From Obrimoposthia wandeli (lineage: Eukaryota), in the NCBI GenBank assembly GCA_977020255.1, contig CDROCS010000410.1:124001-188000 (forward strand): a stretch of 64,000 bases of DNA, given 5' to 3'. Below the pieces are notes generated by a model. That model was not told where the DNA came from and ran no database searches. It saw nothing but the letters and a program-made list of their open reading frames with translations. Positions 57,550 through 64,000 of this stretch are shown piece by piece (the stretch's first letter is position 1; every line of letters begins with the position of its first letter). The position numbers were made by a program, and so were the translations under genes.

Positions 57550-57975
57550 TTACTCACTTAATCGGCATTCAATGTTCAACTCTTTACAGATCCTAAATAC
57601 ACCATCAAGAACACGGCTACTGGCATTATTATCACCTGCGTCTCCGCTACTATCTGCACTAATGGTTAATTGAGAAAGGCCATTACTCACTTTCGCGATC
57701 TTAATCGAAGCAGCGGTATCATCTTGGTTAATATCTAACAACATAGCAGCATCATCTTGCTTCACTAAATCGACATTTTCATTACTGTTTACAATTTTAA
57801 GCGCGGTCTGGTAGACATTACTCGCTGGTGCTTTTATATCGACAGTCGCCACTTCATGACTTTGGCTTTTGTAGTACATCACAGCACCTACAGTTGCAGC
57901 GCCAAGACCAGCACAACCAGATAAGAGTGCCGTAGAGAATGCAGTAAATAATAAAATAATGAGATTTTTCTTCAT
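57550..57975 (-). CDS. DUF3568 family lipoprotein
   Basis: Lipobox LSGC, GAATVGAVMYY, VYQTAL pattern. Confidence 0.7.
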   Translation of the reverse strand: MKKNLIILLFTAFSTALLSGCAGLGAATVGAVMYYKSQSHEVATVDIKAPASNVYQTALKIVNSNENVDLVKQDDAAMLLDINQDDTAASIKIAKVSNGLSQLTISADSSGDAGDNNASSRVLDGVFRICKELNIECRLSE

Positions 57976-58200
57976 AGTAAAGACCTTGTAATATTTTAAG
58001 TATGCTCAAACCTATAAACAATTATATATTATTATTCTGATAAAATATGACGCATACAAATTTACTTTACTTTTCAATAACAACCTGAATACAATCCGTC
58101 ACATGAATACCAAGTGAAATACTTAACTAAACCTTTATATACAATGCTTTATATATTTTTAACGCTGTATTTTACTATCTAACTTTTCTATTTCAAAGGG

Positions 58201-59130
58201 ATGAATATCAAGATGGATATACCGGTTATTAACCTACTTAATTTAACGCTAGGCGGGTTCAATGTTTCTGATATTGCCACGGGCGCATTAATTCTCATGA
58301 TGACAACAATGGGATTAACACTCAAACTCAGTGACTTCTCGCGCATTATGACCCAACCACTTCCCGTCATAACCGGACTACTGATTCAATTACTTGCTTT
58401 ACCTGCTATCGCATTTTTACTTATTGCAGTTTATGACCCAGCGTTCCCCATTGCGATTGGCATGATCATTTTGGCTTGCTGCCCGAGTGCCGCCACCTCT
58501 AATTTTTTCACCCACATAGCTAAAGGTGATGTGGCGTTATCAGTCACGATGACAGCAATAAGCGGTATTATTGTCGTATTTACCACCCCACTATTTATTA
58601 ACTTAGGCTTTATGAATTTAACCGGTGAGGGTCAAACGATTTACTTACCTTTGTTACCATCAATGCTTCAAATTTTAAAACTGATCATCTTACCTGTTGC
58701 CGCTGGTATGGCTCTTCGTCATTTTGCATCATCGTCAGCACAAAAAATCGAACCATACGCGACTAAGCTGTCGTTTGCGTCCATCTTATTTGTAATGTGC
58801 ATCTTATTTGCCGAAGTTTATCCAAGCTTAGGGGTCATTATCGAGTTGGCTTTAGCACCCGTACTGACACTGAATATTGTCATGATGGCGCTTGGGATAA
58901 CGATTGCGAGATTACTCAAACTCAATACTCAACAAGCTCGATCTATTTGTGTTGAAATTGGTATTCAGAATTATGTACTCGCCGTGGTCATTGCAATTGC
59001 GATATTAAAACAACCGGAATTTGCGATCGCAGCGATTGTTTATTTATTCACTATGTATGTATGCGTATTTGCCTTTATTGCGTATTGCCGCTTCCAGGAT
59101 ATGACTATGAATAAAGCCGTGCGTGATTAG
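58201..59130 (+). CDS. Bile acid:sodium symporter (BASS) family transporter
   Basis: MGLTL..DF, Q...LP, CCPSAATSN, GDVALSV.MT, EIGIQN. Confidence 0.9.
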   Translation: MNIKMDIPVINLLNLTLGGFNVSDIATGALILMMTTMGLTLKLSDFSRIMTQPLPVITGLLIQLLALPAIAFLLIAVYDPAFPIAIGMIILACCPSAATSNFFTHIAKGDVALSVTMTAISGIIVVFTTPLFINLGFMNLTGEGQTIYLPLLPSMLQILKLIILPVAAGMALRHFASSSAQKIEPYATKLSFASILFVMCILFAEVYPSLGVIIELALAPVLTLNIVMMALGITIARLLKLNTQQARSICVEIGIQNYVLAVVIAIAILKQPEFAIAAIVYLFTMYVCVFAFIAYCRFQDMTMNKAVRD

Positions 59131-59183
59131 CTTCATTACTCATACACAGTAATTAATTGTGTTGTTATAAACAACCAATAGCA

Positions 59184-59222
59184 AAAAGGCCCACTTCAAC
59201 AATTCGTTAAAGTGGGCCTTTC
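59184..59222. terminator. Bidirectional terminator
   Basis: AAAAGGCCCACTT...AAGTGGGCCTTTT. Confidence 0.85.
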
Positions 59223-59260
59223 ATTTTATCATTCAGCTTACTGCGTTATTTTAAAAACCA

Positions 59261-60469
59261 TTATAAGCTAATGAAAATACCCGCTAATGCCGCACTCATT
59301 AAGTTAGCTAATGTAGCAGCTAATACCGCTTTAAAGCCTAAACTTGCAACGTCTGAACGACGCTCTGGCGCCATAACACCGATAGAACCAATTTGAATTG
59401 CGATAGAGCCAATGTTAGCAAAACCACACAATGCAAACGTGATAATCACTTGGCTGTGTTCAGAGATAGTCTCTTTCACTGCCGCAAAATCCATGAAAGC
59501 CACGAATTCATTCAAAATCATTTTTTGACCAATGAACGAACCAGCAATCAGCATTTCATGTTCAGGTACACCAATCATGTACGCTAATGGCGAGAAGATG
59601 TAACCCAGTACACTTTGCAGTGTTAAGTTATCAATACTTACCCAGTTACCAATTGTTTCTAAACCAGCGTTTGCCATGGCGATAACACTCACAAAAGCAA
59701 TTAGCATAGTACCGATAGCAACAGCGACTTTCATACCATTCATCGCGCCTGCAGCAAGTGCATCGATTGCATTACTGTGTTCGCTTTTTGCCATTACAAT
59801 ATCAGCATCTTCTACCACAGTTTCTTGCTCTGGTACTAATAACTTAGCCATCAACAAACCACCCGGAGCAGCCATGAAGCTTGCAGCGATAAGGTATTTA
59901 AGCTCGACACCTAAACCTGCGTAACCGCCTAGAACACTGCCGGCAACCGATGCCATACCACCAGTCATTACTGCGAACAATTCTGAACGCGTCATTTTTG
60001 GTAAGAAAGGTTTAACTAATAACGGTGATTCACCTTGAGATAGGAAAATGTTACCCGTTGCCGCTAATGATTCAACACGACTGGTACCAAGAAACTTCTG
60101 GATACCGCCGCCAATCACTTTAATCACCCACTGCATTACACCGATGTAATAAAGTAGTGAGATAAGCGCACTAATAAAGATAACTAACGGTAATACGCGG
60201 ATTGCGAAGATAAAACCTTCCGTCGCTAAATCACCAAATAAGAATTGAATACCGACATCAGCAAAACCTAGAATGCTCGCAACACCACTACTCATCGCGC
60301 CTAGCATGCTTTGGCCAAGTGAAGAGTAAAGTACAATCGCAGCAAAACCAGCTTGCAAGAATAGTGCACCACCCACGGTACGCCAATTGATTGCTTTACG
60401 GTTTTCTGACAGTGCGCATGCACATAAAATAAGTACTAAAATACCAACTAAACTAATTAACAACTGCAT
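59261..60469 (-). CDS. nupC: CNT family nucleoside transporter (NupC/NupX)
   Basis: INWRTV, GNIFLSQGES, GGMASVAGSV, NEFVAF, LCGFAN. Confidence 0.9.
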   Translation of the reverse strand: MQLLISLVGILVLILCACALSENRKAINWRTVGGALFLQAGFAAIVLYSSLGQSMLGAMSSGVASILGFADVGIQFLFGDLATEGFIFAIRVLPLVIFISALISLLYYIGVMQWVIKVIGGGIQKFLGTSRVESLAATGNIFLSQGESPLLVKPFLPKMTRSELFAVMTGGMASVAGSVLGGYAGLGVELKYLIAASFMAAPGGLLMAKLLVPEQETVVEDADIVMAKSEHSNAIDALAAGAMNGMKVAVAIGTMLIAFVSVIAMANAGLETIGNWVSIDNLTLQSVLGYIFSPLAYMIGVPEHEMLIAGSFIGQKMILNEFVAFMDFAAVKETISEHSQVIITFALCGFANIGSIAIQIGSIGVMAPERRSDVASLGFKAVLAATLANLMSAALAGIFISL

Positions 60470-60515
60470 TATTTCATCCTGTTCTTAAAAATAGATGTAC
60501 AAAAATGAAGGTGTG

Positions 60516-60622
60516 ATACCAATTGGAATAAAATTTAGATGGCAGTAAACGCAGGAGAAATTAACACCCAGTGGGATTAATTTAGACCTGATTAGTGATC
60601 AGTATTTTATTGCAATGGGTAT
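60516..60622. mobile_element. Degenerate MITE/ERIC-like intergenic element
   Basis: 19-bp terminal inverted repeats ATACCAATTGGAATAAAAT / ATTTTATTGCAATGGGTAT (2 mismatches); no ORF. Confidence 0.55.
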
Positions 60623-60679
60623 TACGTGCATTGGTATATAAGGTGAGGAAAAACAGCATTTTTAGAGAAAAATAATCTA

Positions 60680-60820
60680 GTCAGTCCGCCCAATAACAAC
60701 ATACGAGTCACCTTGATAGCAAGCTACAGTCACGCTGGTCCAAAATCCTTGGGTCGTTCACATTTCCTTGGTGACGGCTTGTAACTAAGGTGGCTAAACT
60801 CGATGGTTCTGGCCGGAACG
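60680..60820 (-). ncRNA. Putative structured RNA (leader or sRNA) upstream of nupC
   Basis: Nested helices 60704-08/60798-802, 60709-14/60787-92, 60722-28/60780-86, 60729-33/60771-75; two CAAGGA motifs in the apical region. Confidence 0.55.
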
Positions 60821-60822
60821 GA

Positions 60823-60845
60823 ATTATATAGAGATCTACATCACA
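60823..60845 (-). promoter_or_regulatory. Perfect -10 (TATAAT) with an adjacent CRP box
   Basis: TGTGA-TGTAGA-TCTCT (60845-60830), then TATAAT (60828-60823). Confidence 0.6.
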
Positions 60846-61054
60846 TTAATAATATTTTCTTGCATTTCAGTTTAAGTATTAAATTAATGGTTAATATTTA
60901 AACTAAAGTTATAAATATCAAACTAAACCTGCCAGCACATATCTCGTTATTCAAATTGGCAACCCCCTCGTTAACGACCATACTCAAACTAATGAAAGAC
61001 AAGATTAATTCTGACTCGCCTAGTCCGTCATAGAGCCCCTGATAAGGAACGTCA

Positions 61055-62227
61055 ATGCCAAACGTCTACTCGTCACTTAACTTCGCCCTCGGTGAAACAA
61101 TCGATCTGTTACGCGACAGTGTTGCCGCGTTTGCCAATGATGAAATAGCCCCACGCGCTGCGCAAATCGACCAAGACAATTTATTTCCTGCAGACATGTG
61201 GCGCAAGTTTGGCGACATGGGGTTATTGGGTATCACCATCAGTGAGGAATATGGCGGCGTTGAGATGAACTACCTTGCGCATGTGATTGCCATGCAAGAA
61301 ATAAGTCGTGCTTCAGCATCTGTTGGCTTGAGCTATGGTGCCCATTCTAATCTGTGTGTTAATCAAATATTCCGCCATGGTAACAGCCAACAAAAATCCA
61401 CCTACCTACCCAAATTAATTAGCGGTGAACATGTCGGGGCACTGGCAATGACAGAGCCAAACGCTGGGTCTGACGTGGTATCAATGAAACTCAGTGCCGT
61501 GCTAGACGGTGATGATTATGTGCTTAATGGTAATAAAATGTGGATCACTAATGGACCAGAGGCCAGTACTTATATTGTCTATGCCAAAACAGCCCCTGAT
61601 TTGAATAGTCATGGTATTACAGCCTTTATCGTCGAACGCGGTTTTGCTGGATTTAGCCAAGCACAAAAACTAGATAAACTCGGCATGCGTGGTTCCAATA
61701 CCTGTGAGCTTGTATTCCAACACTGCCGAGTACCTAAAGACAATATCCTTGGCGAACTAAACCAAGGTGTGCAAGTACTGATGAGTGGTCTTGATTATGA
61801 ACGCCTGGTATTAACCGGCGGACCATTAGGCATTATGGATGCTTGTATGGATCTGGTTGTCCCCTACATCCACCAGCGTCAACAGTTTGGTAAAGCCATA
61901 GGTGAGTTTCAACTGGTACAAGCTAAAATAGCGGATATGTATAGCCAGATGAATGCCGCTAAATGCTATACCTACGCGGTTGCACGTGCTTGTGATAACG
62001 GTGAAGCAAGTCGTAAAGATTGCGCTGGCGTGATCTTATACTGCGCTGAATTAGCCACTAAAATGGCCCTCGATACCATCCAGTTATTAGGTGGTAATGG
62101 TTACAGTAACGAATATGCTGCAGGTCGCTTATTGCGTGACGCTAAGCTCTATGAAATTGGCGCTGGCACATCAGAAATGCGCAGAATGCTGATTGGGCGT
62201 GAACTGTTTAACGAATCAAGAGGATAG
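61055..62227 (+). CDS. liuA: Isovaleryl-CoA dehydrogenase
   Basis: [55 protein letters not shown]. Confidence 0.95.
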   Translation: MPNVYSSLNFALGETIDLLRDSVAAFANDEIAPRAAQIDQDNLFPADMWRKFGDMGLLGITISEEYGGVEMNYLAHVIAMQEISRASASVGLSYGAHSNLCVNQIFRHGNSQQKSTYLPKLISGEHVGALAMTEPNAGSDVVSMKLSAVLDGDDYVLNGNKMWITNGPEASTYIVYAKTAPDLNSHGITAFIVERGFAGFSQAQKLDKLGMRGSNTCELVFQHCRVPKDNILGELNQGVQVLMSGLDYERLVLTGGPLGIMDACMDLVVPYIHQRQQFGKAIGEFQLVQAKIADMYSQMNAAKCYTYAVARACDNGEASRKDCAGVILYCAELATKMALDTIQLLGGNGYSNEYAAGRLLRDAKLYEIGAGTSEMRRMLIGRELFNESRG

Positions 62228-62232
62228 CGAAC

Positions 62233-63840
62233 ATGGCTGAAATCGGCACGGCGCTAAACATCAAACAACCTCTGTTTATGGCAAAGCAACAGGCCATGCA
62301 GGCGCTTGTTCAACAGCTCGAAAATAATGTCGCCCAAGTCAAGAAAGGCGGAGGCGAAATAGCCCAACAACGTCACTTAGCCCGTGGGAAAATGCTTGCC
62401 CGTGACCGTGTTGATGCATTATTGGATCCTGGTTCGCCACTACTCGAACTCGGGCAGTTTGCCGCTTGGCAGTATTATGACGATGAAGTACCCGCAGCGG
62501 GTGTCATCGCGGGCATTGGCCGAGTCAAAGGTATCGAATGCATGATTATCGCCAACGATGCCACCGTGAAAGGCGGGACCTATTACCCACTCACGGTGAA
62601 AAAGCATTTACGCGCCCAAGAAATTGCCGAACGCTGCTGCCTGCCCTGTATCTATTTAGTTGATTCTGGCGGTGCTTTTTTACCCCGCCAAGATGAAGTC
62701 TTTCCTGACCGTGACCACTTTGGCCGTATCTTCTTTAATCAAGCTAATATGTCCGCCAAAGGCATTCCACAAATAGCATCAGTAATGGGCTTATGTACAG
62801 CGGGTGGTGCTTATGTTCCAGCCATGGCTGATGAATCTATTATTGTAAAACAGCAAGGTACTATCTTCCTCGCTGGACCGCCGTTAGTGAAAGCAGCAAC
62901 GGGTGAAGATGTCACAGCGGAAGAACTCGGTGGCGCCGATGTACACTGTAAAATATCAGGTGTTGCAGATCATTACGCCGAAAATGACGCCCACGCATTA
63001 CAACTCGTACGCCAAGCTATCAGTAATATCAATCATATAAAACGACCTGATTTAACTGTTTATCCCAGCATACCTCCACGCTTTGACAGCTTAGAATTAT
63101 ATGGCATTGTCGGCACCAACTTAAAAAAACAATTCGATGTCAAAGAAGTCATTGCACGTATTGTCGATAACTCTGAATTAGATGAATTTAAGCAATATTA
63201 TGGTTCTACATTAGTCTGCGGGTTTGCGCGTATTCATGGCTACCCTGTCGGTATCATTGCCAATAATGGCGTGTTATTTTCCGAATCAGCACAAAAAGGT
63301 GCGCACTTTATACAGCTGTGTTGTAAACGTAAGATCCCGTTAGTCTTCCTGCAAAATATCACTGGATTTATGGTCGGTAAAAAGTATGAAGCCGAGGGTA
63401 TTGCAAAGCATGGAGCTAAAATGGTGGCGGCGGTATCTTGCGCACAAGTGCCTAAATTCACGGTCATTATTGGCGGCAGTTACGGCGCAGGTAATTATGG
63501 TATGTGTGGCCGTGCTTACGATCCCACCCTGTTGTGGATATGGCCAAATGCCAGGATCTCGGTTATGGGTGGCGAACAAGCCGCGAGCGTGCTTAGCCAA
63601 GTCAAAAAAGACGGTTTAGCCCGTAACAACAAAACCATGACAGATACAGAAGAAGCCGATTTTAAAGCCCCGATCATTAAGCAGTATGAAACACAAGGCG
63701 ACCCTTATTATGCCAGCGCACGCTTATGGGATGACGGCATTATCGATCCACTTCAGACCAGACAAGTATTAGGATTAGCAATATCAGCGGCATTAAATGC
63801 ACCGATTGCCGATACCCAGTTTGGCGTTTTCAGAATGTAG
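62233..63840 (+). CDS. liuB: 3-methylcrotonyl-CoA carboxylase beta (carboxyltransferase) subunit
   Basis: [28 protein letters not shown]-like [18 protein letters not shown]. Confidence 0.95.
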   Translation: MAEIGTALNIKQPLFMAKQQAMQALVQQLENNVAQVKKGGGEIAQQRHLARGKMLARDRVDALLDPGSPLLELGQFAAWQYYDDEVPAAGVIAGIGRVKGIECMIIANDATVKGGTYYPLTVKKHLRAQEIAERCCLPCIYLVDSGGAFLPRQDEVFPDRDHFGRIFFNQANMSAKGIPQIASVMGLCTAGGAYVPAMADESIIVKQQGTIFLAGPPLVKAATGEDVTAEELGGADVHCKISGVADHYAENDAHALQLVRQAISNINHIKRPDLTVYPSIPPRFDSLELYGIVGTNLKKQFDVKEVIARIVDNSELDEFKQYYGSTLVCGFARIHGYPVGIIANNGVLFSESAQKGAHFIQLCCKRKIPLVFLQNITGFMVGKKYEAEGIAKHGAKMVAAVSCAQVPKFTVIIGGSYGAGNYGMCGRAYDPTLLWIWPNARISVMGGEQAASVLSQVKKDGLARNNKTMTDTEEADFKAPIIKQYETQGDPYYASARLWDDGIIDPLQTRQVLGLAISAALNAPIADTQFGVFRM

Positions 63841-63915
63841 CAGAAAGCAAAGTAACTGAATAAAAAGAACTTAATAAAGTGTCACTTATTTAAACTACAC
63901 CGTTAGGGTCCATGA

Positions 63916-64000
63916 ATGACAAAACAATCCGAACAGTTAAACATCATCAATGCAGCTCACTTCCACACGACGATTGATGATCGCGGTATCGCCACCATAA
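63916..64000 (+). CDS. liuC: Enoyl-CoA hydratase family (probable methylglutaconyl-CoA hydratase), 5' part only
   Basis: MTKQSEQLNIINAAHFHTTIDDRGIATI, a typical crotonase start; position after liuB. Confidence 0.6.
   Translation, partial: MTKQSEQLNIINAAHFHTTIDDRGIATI

Noticed and set aside
60795-60820. c-di-GMP-I (GEMM) riboswitch, suggested by CCGGCCAGAACCAU resembling CCGGCCUAAACCAU
   Set aside because: The P1 element (GGCAAA...GAAA...GACGCAAAG) is absent upstream and the P2 3' strand does not fit.
60680-60820. 6S RNA or GcvB
   Set aside because: Only short motif similarities in the wrong order; no large central bubble; not in the zapA-ygfA or gcvA context.

Overview
Chromosomal segment (~40% GC by eye) of a marine gammaproteobacterium. 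Gene content and style suggest Moritella or a Vibrionales/Alteromonadales relative (inference, not a database match). No transposase, integrase, prophage, CRISPR array, rRNA or tRNA is visible. About 55 CDSs: an orphan peptide deformylase between two cold-shock-domain genes; an ada-DMT-alkA alkylation-repair cluster; a BtuF-like / Cys-rich / DUF71 operon; chrA; a VolA-type lipase; an extra RpoS-like sigma factor; nnrS-arsR; feoABC with Fur and FNR boxes; tyrP with TyrR boxes; ydbH-ynbE-ydbL; two orphan MSHA-like pilins; two HD-GYP proteins; a eukaryote-type HisA; a leucine dehydrogenase-BCKDH-icmF operon; a DUF1538 x2 / PII-like / CBS operon; a Fur-boxed TonB receptor; nupC; and the start of liuABC. 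Best candidates for undescribed biology: (1) an unannotated ~255-nt transcription unit encoding a 27-aa peptide, with a CRP box over its promoter and CsrA-type hairpins (42015-42305); (2) a signal-peptide-less BtuF-fold protein with a 12-Cys protein and a DUF71 ATP-dependent ligase, possibly a cytoplasmic cobamide-processing module; (3) a ~140-nt structured RNA upstream of nupC behind a pyrC-like start-site motif; (4) the B12-dependent IcmF mutase wired into a branched-chain keto-acid dehydrogenase operon; (5) the DUF1538/PII/CBS transporter module with an 8-bp VNTR abutting an RBS. All family assignments come from motif recognition by eye; no searches or folding programs were run.
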